From positions 824,177 through 888,176 of the forward strand of contig CAWEES010000002.1 in assembly GCA_963808245.1 (NCBI GenBank): a stretch of DNA of 64,000 bases. The letters are read 5' to 3'. The translations under genes and the position numbers were made by a program. This DNA comes from an uncultured Bacteroidota bacterium (lineage in GTDB: Bacteria > Bacteroidota > Ignavibacteria > Kryptoniales > JAKASW01). The notes beneath the pieces are model-generated. The model ran no database searches and was not told the origin of the DNA. It saw only the letters and a program-made list of their open reading frames with translations. Below, piece after piece: positions 30,535 through 39,491 of the stretch. Within the stretch, counting starts at the first letter, position 1; every line of letters begins with the position of its first letter.

Positions 30535-31947
30535 TCATAGTTTATACGCCTTCTTGACGAGATTGTAAGTCAAGTCCTTTGCTATGGTAAGCGCTTCGCC
30601 CATGCTTATTATATGTTTAGCGACAAGCCCCCCAAGAAAATTCGAGTCAACTCTCCTGGCGACATCGTGTCTTGCCGGGATAGATACAAAAGCTCGTGTG
30701 TCATCGTTGAACCCAACGGTATTGTAGAACCCGGCAGTCTCGGTGACCATCTGCCGGTATCTCGTCATTCCCTGGATGCTGTCGTTGAACCACCATGGAG
30801 GCCCTAACTTCATCGCCGGATAATATCCAGCCAGCGGCGCGAGCTCGCGCGAGTAAGTACTCTCATCGAGTGTAAATACAATAACTGTCAACGAGGAATT
30901 ATTCCCATATTTATTCAGCAGCCCTTTCAAGTTGTAGGTGAATTCCGTCTGCACCGGAATATCGTTGCCTTTATCAGGTCCCCATTTCTCGGTAAATCCG
31001 GTATTGTGACCGCGGCAGGAACCGGGATGAATCTGCATCACTATCCCATCTTCCGTGCTCATCCTCGCCATCTCCATCAGCATATGAGCCGTAAACAATT
31101 TTGCGTCGTCCGGCGTGCTCGTTCCCTTCAAACCCCTTTTGAAAATTTCTTCAGCTTCCCTACCGGTTAATTCATGAGTGTAAGGAGATACCACTCCATG
31201 ATCGGATGCCGTGGCTCCCATTTTCTTGAAATACGAGCGGCGATCCTGAAGTGCGTCAACATACTTTTGAAACGAAGTTAACTCCAGTCCGGTTCTTTCT
31301 CCAAGCAGTTTTACATTCTTAGCCCAATCCCTGTTCATTAAATCCGTAACTGCATCCGGGCGGAAACATGGTATGATTCTCCCGTCCCAGCCGGAGTCTT
31401 TAATCCTTCTATGATGTTCAAGAGGATCGGAAGCGCCATCCGTAGTCGATAAGACTTCCATATTAAACCTTTTGAAGAGCGCTCTCGGAAGGAACTCCGG
31501 AGAATTAATTTTCTCGTTGAGTTGCTCGTAAATCTTCATGGCGTTGCCGCCGTTCAGCTTCTCCTTCACTCCGAAGACCACGTTGAATTCATAGTCGAGC
31601 CAAACACCGCTCGGCGTACCATTGAACAAATAATAATGCTCGGCGAAAATTTGCCAGATCCTTTTCGGATCTTTCTCCACCCTGCTTCCATCGGCCATAG
31701 GCACGCCGAGAGATTCGAGGCTGATCCCCTGGGAATACAGCATCCTGAAAAGATAATGATCCGGGATCAATATAAGTTCGGTCGGATTGGGGAAAGGTTT
31801 ATTCTCCGAAAAGATCCTCGGGTCGACATGTCCGTGAGGACTGATTATCGGGAGATCTTTGACGCTCTCATAAATTTCCCTTGCGTTTTGCCTGACTACC
31901 GGATTCGAATCGAAAAATCTGTCCGGATGAAGTTCGTATTTTTCCAT
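30535..31947 (-). CDS. uxaC: Glucuronate (uronate) isomerase
   Basis: IISPHGH, PDHYLFRMLYSQG, MQIHPG, LGPPWWF, GFNDDTRAF.SIPARHD. Confidence 0.95.
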   Translation of the reverse strand: MEKYELHPDRFFDSNPVVRQNAREIYESVKDLPIISPHGHVDPRIFSENKPFPNPTELILIPDHYLFRMLYSQGISLESLGVPMADGSRVEKDPKRIWQIFAEHYYLFNGTPSGVWLDYEFNVVFGVKEKLNGGNAMKIYEQLNEKINSPEFLPRALFKRFNMEVLSTTDGASDPLEHHRRIKDSGWDGRIIPCFRPDAVTDLMNRDWAKNVKLLGERTGLELTSFQKYVDALQDRRSYFKKMGATASDHGVVSPYTHELTGREAEEIFKRGLKGTSTPDDAKLFTAHMLMEMARMSTEDGIVMQIHPGSCRGHNTGFTEKWGPDKGNDIPVQTEFTYNLKGLLNKYGNNSSLTVIVFTLDESTYSRELAPLAGYYPAMKLGPPWWFNDSIQGMTRYRQMVTETAGFYNTVGFNDDTRAFVSIPARHDVARRVDSNFLGGLVAKHIISMGEALTIAKDLTYNLVKKAYKL

Positions 31948-32175
31948 TTGACACCTCTGTTAACATACTTGAGAATATTTATTATATGATTCTGAATCTT
32001 TCCTATATAGCGACCGTTTCCATTTTCGACACAAGGAGATGGAAAAGGAGTAACCAATCAGATATAACGATCCACCTTTCGCAAAGCGGCCTTGTGAACC
32101 TACGGGCAGAGTATCTTCGACAAATGAACTATTTCCTTTCATCTTACGAGCGCTTCCTTGATCGGTCTGACATCA

Positions 32176-33312
32176 TCAGTGGAACCTTTCTAAGGTGCTC
32201 ACCTTGTAATAAGACTCAAGCCGTAGATTGTGGAATTTACCAGTTTCGTCTTTCGCATCTCCGGAATCATTCGCTGAACATATGAGCATATAAGAACCTA
32301 CGACGTAAAACTCTTTGTTGCTCACTGAATGTAATATTAATTTTCTTTTTGCGGGATTTGTAAAAACAAGGTGATCGTGATCTAACGCAATGCTGTAAAC
32401 TGCGCCCGCAGAATCTTTATAGCTCCCGGTGTACCGCACTAGAATGGATCGATCGACGTGAAATGGTACACGGGCAAAAACCGTTTGAAGTCCCCATGTA
32501 TACCCTAAAGCCTTCGTTCCGGAATGTCCTACTCCGTTAAGCACTTTCGCTTCAAGACTCAGTCCTCGGTAGTGCCTCGATTTCAGAAGTTGCACAAATT
32601 TCTGGAACGTGGGCACATCTTCATATTCACCGATTCCCATGAATACTCTTGCTGGAATAGCGGCGTCCTTTCCCGCAAAAGTCTTTTCATATTTATAGAT
32701 GATTCCATTGTCCCATGTCAATGCCGGGCTCGTCAGTATGTAACGATTGAACAATGTGGTTTCGTTAAAGATCGTATACAGGGTAAACAGTCCGCCAAGA
32801 GAAGTTCCGAGAAGTGTCCGGTCGTTTCTATCAACCCGGTACTTCGATTCGATAAGTGGAATCAACTCGGTCTTGATGAATTGAAGAAACTTTGGAGCTC
32901 CGCCTCCCTGCGGGACTTCCTTAGTAGGACTGGGAGTGAGATCTCCGGCTCTCAGGGAATCATAGTTCGCATTTGCCCCGCTGCAGGTTATTCCGACAAC
33001 AACCATTCCCGGTATAAAACCGTCATAGAATTGGGATCCGTAAATGCTCTCCACTAGAGGGAAATCCCATTGCCCATCTAATAAATAGACTACCGGAAAA
33101 ATCTTGCTCGTATCTCCGTATCCTCTCGGGAGATTAACGTAAAGGTCGTACTTCTCATTAGTGATCGCGGAAGTAATACTCAGAAATTGAGTCCCAGCAA
33201 TTTTTACCTCAGGCGGCGACACTTCGGACATTGCAGTATCCGTTTGAGCAAACAGAGTCGTTCCCGAGAGTAACAAAAAGGTGAACCTTAGAAATGGGAT
33301 TATTCGAGCCAT
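32176..33312 (-). CDS. Secreted alpha/beta-hydrolase esterase (IroE/BesA-, CE1-like)
   Basis: Signal peptide, VVYLLDG, GTSLGG nucleophile elbow. Confidence 0.8.
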   Translation of the reverse strand: MARIIPFLRFTFLLLSGTTLFAQTDTAMSEVSPPEVKIAGTQFLSITSAITNEKYDLYVNLPRGYGDTSKIFPVVYLLDGQWDFPLVESIYGSQFYDGFIPGMVVVGITCSGANANYDSLRAGDLTPSPTKEVPQGGGAPKFLQFIKTELIPLIESKYRVDRNDRTLLGTSLGGLFTLYTIFNETTLFNRYILTSPALTWDNGIIYKYEKTFAGKDAAIPARVFMGIGEYEDVPTFQKFVQLLKSRHYRGLSLEAKVLNGVGHSGTKALGYTWGLQTVFARVPFHVDRSILVRYTGSYKDSAGAVYSIALDHDHLVFTNPAKRKLILHSVSNKEFYVVGSYMLICSANDSGDAKDETGKFHNLRLESYYKVSTLERFH

Positions 33313-33431
33313 TATGTCTCCTTCAAGTGCAGTTGTGATTTGCGATCATCTCTTCCGAACAGGTATTATTCTCTCCTGAGAAAGGATGCCGTTCCATTAA
33401 ACAAGGGGAAAGGATGCAGATGCCTTCCATG

Positions 33432-34307
33432 CTAACTGGCAATGCTTGCGGCCGGGATCCTCGTCACGAGGTCCAGCATTTCGTCCTGATTTTCCTGTCC
33501 GATAGTAAACGCATCGACAAAATCGAGACCGAGAATATATTTCAAGCATTCATCCTTTTTATTGACAAGCCGTCCGGCTCCAAAAATTTTCATCCCGACA
33601 ATCCCTTTTCCAACGTCGTGCATTTTCTTCAGTACCTTCGAGACAGTCGAGACTTCTGCGTCCATGATGATTCCTTCCGGATTGATCCGCGCAAAGTCAA
33701 CCTGTACCCAATCTGAATTCGATGCTGCCTGCAGCGCTCCCAGCGTATGACATGAGACCCCATGCGCACGAATTATACCGTTTTCCCGGGCTCTCTCCAG
33801 CACCTCCATGGCACCTTCCTTTTCAATCGGCCAATCGGTGTTTGTCATCATGTGCAAAAGGATTACGTCAATATAATCTGTACCGATCTCCTTACGAAAA
33901 CGGTCCAGGTCGTATTTCATTTCATCGGCTGTGGTCGACTCGGCCTTAGTTAGAATCGCGACTTTTTCACGCGGGATACTCTTCAGGGCTTCCTTAAGAT
34001 CAGGATGCGTTCCGTATTGATCTGCCGAATCCCAGAAATTAATGCCCTGGTCGTAAGCTTTACGCAATAGATCAGGAAGACTTCCAGGGCCGGACTCTCT
34101 CGATTGGTCCGATTGATGATTAAAACCATGAGTTCCCGTTCCCATCGCGAGCCGTGAGACTTTAATTCCGGTTTTACCGAGCGTCACGACATCGTTTGCA
34201 TATTTTTTCTTTGCCTCGTTGCCAAACACTTTCGCATGGGGCGAGAGCGTTAACGCCCCGGCGGTTAGTGCGGTGTATTTTATAAATTCACGTCTTCTCA
34301 TCTTCAC
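33432..34307 (-). CDS. Aldo/keto reductase with twin-arginine signal
   Basis: RRREFIK Tat motif, LGKTGIKVSRL.MGT, DSADQYG, TDYIDVILLH. Confidence 0.85.
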   Translation of the reverse strand: MKMRRREFIKYTALTAGALTLSPHAKVFGNEAKKKYANDVVTLGKTGIKVSRLAMGTGTHGFNHQSDQSRESGPGSLPDLLRKAYDQGINFWDSADQYGTHPDLKEALKSIPREKVAILTKAESTTADEMKYDLDRFRKEIGTDYIDVILLHMMTNTDWPIEKEGAMEVLERARENGIIRAHGVSCHTLGALQAASNSDWVQVDFARINPEGIIMDAEVSTVSKVLKKMHDVGKGIVGMKIFGAGRLVNKKDECLKYILGLDFVDAFTIGQENQDEMLDLVTRIPAASIAS

Positions 34308-34391
34308 ATCTCCTTATTCATCTCGTATCAAATTACCTGAACATCTAAACGATTCGTTACAAAATTTGGTTCTCCTGGATCTTTAGCCGGG

Positions 34392-35420
34392 TTAATTCCC
34401 TTTGACCGCCCGGATAAAAGCTCTTATGTTTTCCGAGCTTACAGCGGGCGGCATTCCTCCTCCGCATGAAAGCATCACCCTGGACTTGTCTTTAACCGAA
34501 CTTACTAGATCAACCGTTGTCTTCGTTACTTGTTCAGGAGTTCCGCCTGCAAGAACATCGCGCGGCGGTATGTTGCCGAGAAGGGTAACTTTGTTTTGTG
34601 TCAGTTGTTTCAGCTCATTCAGCGTGACATCGAATCCCATATTGAATAAATTGACTCCCATTTCGGGAAGAAACTTAGCGGACTCTTTGCAGGGCGCGTC
34701 ATTGTGAAGGAACCTGACCGAGACATTCGCGTCGAAGAGTTCCTTGAAATACGGCAGCCCGAAGGTCTCAAACTCCGCTGCTCCCATGAACCCGATTATG
34801 TCGTCAAGCATAAAAATCCCGTCTATCGAAGGAAATGTTTCCATCTGCAGATGGAGCCAATCTTTCAAGTAGGCAGTGATTTTCTTCATGAGTATCTCTG
34901 CCTTTTCAGGTTCCATCATAATCATCGTAAGAAATTCGGTTGAACCCATCAGGTAGCTGGCCACATTCAGCGGTCCGCGACAAACCGCGAACCGGATCTT
35001 GTGTCCGGCAGCCTCAATTTTCGGTTCCGCGAGTTTAAGCCTGTTAACGACAAAGGGTAAAAGACCATCCGTTTTCGGATTCGGCTGAGGCAGAGAATCA
35101 ATGTCTTCGGATGATTGAATGATTTTATGCGCGAAAGGAAATTCGTTTTGTGGAAAGGTACACCTCACTCCGAATGCCGATGGCTCAGTACACATGCCGA
35201 ACTCCGACCAAAATCCCGGAAGAAAAGTGGCTTCGGGAAACTCATTCATTGCTTCCAGGTTCGCATTCAACCACAGCCCGTCATTTGAGAAATAATCCAA
35301 AATGCTTATACCGAACCAATTAGGAAGCCATGGACTGTCAATTATAAAACCTACCGGCAAAGGATCCACGATTTCTCCCTTAATAACCTGCAAAAGTTCT
35401 TCCCACTGCTGTTCTGTCAT
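34392..35420 (-). CDS. URO-D superfamily protein, MtaA/CmuA-like putative methyltransferase
   Basis: RGPLNVASYLMG, LHNDA, LLGNIPP...GTPEQV, LSCGGGMPP...ENI. Lacks the HemE RQAGRY motif. Confidence 0.75.
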   Translation of the reverse strand: MTEQQWEELLQVIKGEIVDPLPVGFIIDSPWLPNWFGISILDYFSNDGLWLNANLEAMNEFPEATFLPGFWSEFGMCTEPSAFGVRCTFPQNEFPFAHKIIQSSEDIDSLPQPNPKTDGLLPFVVNRLKLAEPKIEAAGHKIRFAVCRGPLNVASYLMGSTEFLTMIMMEPEKAEILMKKITAYLKDWLHLQMETFPSIDGIFMLDDIIGFMGAAEFETFGLPYFKELFDANVSVRFLHNDAPCKESAKFLPEMGVNLFNMGFDVTLNELKQLTQNKVTLLGNIPPRDVLAGGTPEQVTKTTVDLVSSVKDKSRVMLSCGGGMPPAVSSENIRAFIRAVKGN

Positions 35421-35434
35421 TTTAACCGTCCTTT

Positions 35435-36328
35435 TTATTCAAAAACAATCGTTCGTTTGCCATGTACCAATATGCGATGCCGTGCATGGTGGTACAAGGC
35501 GCGGGCTAATATCAGGCGTTCAATGTCTCTCCCTTTCCGCACCAGATCGCTCACCGTATCTTTATGCGAAATACGGATAATGTCTTGCTCTATTATCGGA
35601 CCCTCATCGAGTTCTTCCGTAACATAGTGGCTCGTTGCGCCGATAATCTTTACGCCGCGCTCGTAAGCTTGCCGGTAGGGATCACCTCCCGCAAATGCCG
35701 GCAGGAATGAGTGGTGGATATTTATGATCCGATTCGGATATTCGCGGACAACCTGCGCAGTTAAAACTTGCATGTAGCGCGCCAGCACGATGGTATCAAT
35801 TTTGTGTTCCATTAGTAAAGCTAATTCTTTTCTCTCAAGTTCGAGCTTATTCTCATTTACAACGGGAAATACATGATACGGGATGGAATAGTGCTCGGCA
35901 AGTCCGCGTAAATCTTCATGATTGGAGATGATGATAGGGATCTCGATATTGAATTCCCCCAGCCGCTGTCGCCACAAAATTTCCTGGAGACAATGATCGA
36001 ATTTTGATACAAAAATCGCCACCCGAAGATTCTTTCCGGTGAAGTTAATCTTGAACGCGGCATCGAATTCTTTCGCCAATGGTGAAAACGCCTCTGTCAC
36101 TTCTGACTCTGGTACCGAAAAATTCTTCATATCCCAGGCGATGCGGATGAAAAACTGTTTATCCTCGACGTCAACATGCTCATCCAAATCAAGGATGTTG
36201 CCGCCTCGTTCGAAAACAAAATGAGAAATCCTGGAAATTAAACCGGTTCGGTCCTTGCAGGAAAGGAGAAGGATCGCACTTCCGGACGTTTTGTTAGAAT
36301 AGTTATTTTCAGGCACGACAAACTCCAT
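35435..36328 (-). CDS. purU: Formyltetrahydrofolate deformylase
   Basis: N-terminal ACT domain (SCKDRTGL), VSK.DHCL, LARYMQVL, INIHHSFLPAF.G..PY.QA, DEGPIIEQ. Confidence 0.95.
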   Translation of the reverse strand: MEFVVPENNYSNKTSGSAILLLSCKDRTGLISRISHFVFERGGNILDLDEHVDVEDKQFFIRIAWDMKNFSVPESEVTEAFSPLAKEFDAAFKINFTGKNLRVAIFVSKFDHCLQEILWRQRLGEFNIEIPIIISNHEDLRGLAEHYSIPYHVFPVVNENKLELERKELALLMEHKIDTIVLARYMQVLTAQVVREYPNRIINIHHSFLPAFAGGDPYRQAYERGVKIIGATSHYVTEELDEGPIIEQDIIRISHKDTVSDLVRKGRDIERLILARALYHHARHRILVHGKRTIVFE

Positions 36329-36453
36329 TATTAATTAAAGATAAGATGATTCTGCTATGAATCAACTCGTCCGCACAGTTTCAATAAGCGCCCTTTCTCT
36401 GACAACACCATTACCGATGGGCTGTTAAGCAAACACAATAACAGTAGATGTCT

Positions 36454-38310
36454 CTATTGTATTGGCGGATATGCTCCGACATACAGTCCTTCTCTCCTGG
36501 AACCGTCAAGAAGTGTCTTGACCTCTTCCGGAAGGTCGGTTCCCATTCTCGCCCCCGAAAAATCCGATAACAATCGATAATGTCCTAATTCCGCACTCTT
36601 GAACAAAGGGCCGTCGTATTTAACATAGGATCGCCCGCCAGCCTCAAAGTTCGTATACATCTTTCGGAGATCCCCTAATGAATCAAATCCCGTCTGGCAG
36701 TTCTCATCCGCTGCGGGGCTCCACAAAATCATCGGATAAAGAGGATTCCCAGCCTGACGAACATAAACGTTGTGATCAAGCTGGCTAAGTTCCGGTTTCG
36801 TAAGTTGACTGCACAAAGCAGCAGGCTGCCAAACGAAAAGAAGCGGTCTCGTGAAACTCTCATCGCCTGTAAGCAGATTATTGATAAATACGTGTCCCTC
36901 GCGTTTATCGACGTCAGGCCCCGTGCTGGAGTGCCAGCCAAAACGATCTCCTGCCGGAACTCGCGCGTTCCTACCGATGCAAGCGATACTATTTACAAAA
37001 GTGTTCTGGTAAATTTTTGCGTTGGAACTATTCAGTATCATCATGCCATGGTCACAATTCACAAAGACATTCCCCGCTACCGTAACTCCTTTTGATATTT
37101 CAAAGAAGAATCCGTTGTTGCTCGGCCAGAGCTGATCGGTTGGGGTTGTCTTACTGACTTTACCGACTCCCTCGACCCAGTTATTGACGAAAACACCGTC
37201 TACTTCACCGACATCATACCACACGCCGTTCGAATTCGGGAGGTCGATAATCAGGTTGTCCCGGCAAACCGCCCTGTGACATTGATTGAATATCTTAACT
37301 GCGGCAGGAAAATACCCGCTTGTGCTGTCAATGTTATTCCGTGTGAAGATGTTCTTTTCCAGTAATATATCATTTGAACCTATTACGTAAACACCTTCAG
37401 TCCTCGTATCGCTTATTTTACAGTGCCGAATAATCAGATGATCCCCGCGGAAGTATCCTGCGACGCGGGAGCAATAAGAAATTGTGCAATTTTCCAAAGT
37501 TGTACCGACTACATCTTTTCCGAACTTCGACTCATCGGTTACTCCCACAGGTTCTGTGCCTTCGACCTCGAGGGCGCGATACGCGTACTGCGTGAAGGTG
37601 ATACCGCGAATGTCGTATCCTTTGTGGTCCGATTCCTTACCATGACATTTCCCGGTAATCCTGACGATAGCTGCATCATGGTCAGTGATTTCGACCAGCC
37701 GATTCGTAGGATCGGTACCGATGTAGACAAGACTATCTTCGTAATCGATGTAGTAAGAATTCGAATCAACAGCCCCCAGCCAGCCGGTCGGCAATAAGTA
37801 CCTTCCATCGATAAACACCATATCGTTGTTGAAACGCCATAGCGGAGTTTTTCTTCCGTCGATACCGCGCGGCCACCAACTCTCAGGTTTTGATGGGAAC
37901 AGATGAGACCATTTTGTTACCCAAACACCGTTTTTGAGATCCTTCCAGTTCGTGGCAACCCCGGTCCCTTTCAGTATCGGCTGTTCATTTTCGTAGGGTT
38001 GTATCGTGATACCCTGGTTCAGCACCAGGTTACCTGTACGGTACGTACCGCCGCGCATAACGATTGCATCGCCCGATCGTACACGATCAATCGCGGCCGC
38101 AAGCGTTGTCGGGTTGCTTAATGACTCCCCGGACCGGGCTGAGTCCCCGTCGACTGCGACGTAATATATTTTTCCTGCCACCGTCGGCAATCTGTAAAAT
38201 TGTCGAATTGGACCGTATGGCCCGCCGGATGGCTGTGCCATGACTGTCGTCCAACTTAAACTCAGGCACAAAGTAGAAAGGATGAATAAGAATCGAAGAA
38301 AACATTTCAT
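36454..38310 (-). CDS. Secreted right-handed parallel beta-helix protein, function unknown
   Basis: Signal peptide, YYVA..G...GES...PTTL..AI, IVMRGGTY, repeated Asn-ladder strands. Confidence 0.75.
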   Translation of the reverse strand: MKCFLRFLFILSTLCLSLSWTTVMAQPSGGPYGPIRQFYRLPTVAGKIYYVAVDGDSARSGESLSNPTTLAAAIDRVRSGDAIVMRGGTYRTGNLVLNQGITIQPYENEQPILKGTGVATNWKDLKNGVWVTKWSHLFPSKPESWWPRGIDGRKTPLWRFNNDMVFIDGRYLLPTGWLGAVDSNSYYIDYEDSLVYIGTDPTNRLVEITDHDAAIVRITGKCHGKESDHKGYDIRGITFTQYAYRALEVEGTEPVGVTDESKFGKDVVGTTLENCTISYCSRVAGYFRGDHLIIRHCKISDTRTEGVYVIGSNDILLEKNIFTRNNIDSTSGYFPAAVKIFNQCHRAVCRDNLIIDLPNSNGVWYDVGEVDGVFVNNWVEGVGKVSKTTPTDQLWPSNNGFFFEISKGVTVAGNVFVNCDHGMMILNSSNAKIYQNTFVNSIACIGRNARVPAGDRFGWHSSTGPDVDKREGHVFINNLLTGDESFTRPLLFVWQPAALCSQLTKPELSQLDHNVYVRQAGNPLYPMILWSPAADENCQTGFDSLGDLRKMYTNFEAGGRSYVKYDGPLFKSAELGHYRLLSDFSGARMGTDLPEEVKTLLDGSRREGLYVGAYPPIQ

Positions 38311-38393
38311 GGATTGTACCTATAATTTATTTTGATTCCGAGAATTACAGTTTCTTTTCTCATTGATGCAAGTATCTTAGCAAAGCATTGCTT

Positions 38394-39398
38394 TTAATTT
38401 CTCTCACCTACCGGATGGGAAGATACATATTGACAAAGCCACTCAAGAGCCGGCCTTTCTCTGAGGTCTGTGTGAACTAAGTAAGTATTCGGACGCCACG
38501 TCTGTCTCTCAACGTAACCCCACAATGTTATGCCTTCTACTTGAGGGTCATTCCAGAATATCGGAATCTGCTCCTTGAAAATCTCAAGTTGCCTGGCATC
38601 ATTAGCCTCGTCAACATCGTATTCGGATATATAAATCGGAAGCCCTGCCCCTTCAAGCAGCTTTAGATTCGATTTTATGGTGTTTGTATCTACCCTCTCA
38701 AGACCATGCCCCTGGCAACCGATGCCGTCGATAAGATTTCTTGCCTTTAGCAGATTAACGATCTCAATATACTCCCGAGTATTTACAGAATCGCTCAAGA
38801 TATTGTAATCATTAATAAGGAGCTTTGCATTTGGAAAAGCCTTTCGTGCCTTTTCAAATGACCATATTACCCAATCCCAACCTGTCCGGCCATCGCCCCC
38901 GAGAGCATTTTTGTAGAAAGCCGGTTTCTGTATCGGCTCGTTCACTACATCAACATACGTCGACTTCGAGTATCTTTCTCCACAGAGCCTGATCCATGCT
39001 TCGACCATTTTCTTCTGTTGAACCAGGTCAAGGCCACCGGTCCATGAGGGTTGTTGTTGTCCCCAGACAAGGTTATGAAATTTAAACGGATAACCTTTCT
39101 GGAGTGCATAATCATATATTCTATCCAGTTGCGACCAGTCCCATAGATTCGTATCGGGGCTAATCCCGACCACACCCCATTTGCCTGCATTCTCTGGAGT
39201 AACCTGGCTCCAATATTTTCCGAAGTCGGCCGGGATAGACGAACCGATGATATTTCCAAGAAACTTGCGATTCCCCTCGTGAGTCTGGCAAAACAGCTGC
39301 ACCGGCAAAAGCACCAACGAACTGAAAAGCATAAGGGTGATGGACCTATCAATTTTGACTATATGTTGTTTCATTCCTCGTGACATAATTATTTCCAC
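38394..39398 (-). CDS. GH10 endo-1,4-beta-xylanase (catalytic domain only)
   Basis: VTPENAGKW, HNLVW, DVVNEP (acid/base), YISEYD (nucleophile). Confidence 0.93.
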   Translation of the reverse strand: MEIIMSRGMKQHIVKIDRSITLMLFSSLVLLPVQLFCQTHEGNRKFLGNIIGSSIPADFGKYWSQVTPENAGKWGVVGISPDTNLWDWSQLDRIYDYALQKGYPFKFHNLVWGQQQPSWTGGLDLVQQKKMVEAWIRLCGERYSKSTYVDVVNEPIQKPAFYKNALGGDGRTGWDWVIWSFEKARKAFPNAKLLINDYNILSDSVNTREYIEIVNLLKARNLIDGIGCQGHGLERVDTNTIKSNLKLLEGAGLPIYISEYDVDEANDARQLEIFKEQIPIFWNDPQVEGITLWGYVERQTWRPNTYLVHTDLRERPALEWLCQYVSSHPVGERN

Positions 39399-39491
39399 CT
39401 AAAGACTTTGAGCCAGGAAGACGGAACCCGTGATCTGGTTTCATTCATTTCAATAGTCTGACTCAGTCCGTTTCCATCAAACCATGTACCA

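Noticed and set aside
34392-35420. hemE (true uroporphyrinogen decarboxylase)
   Set aside because: It lacks the N-terminal RQAGRY motif and has no tetrapyrrole gene context.
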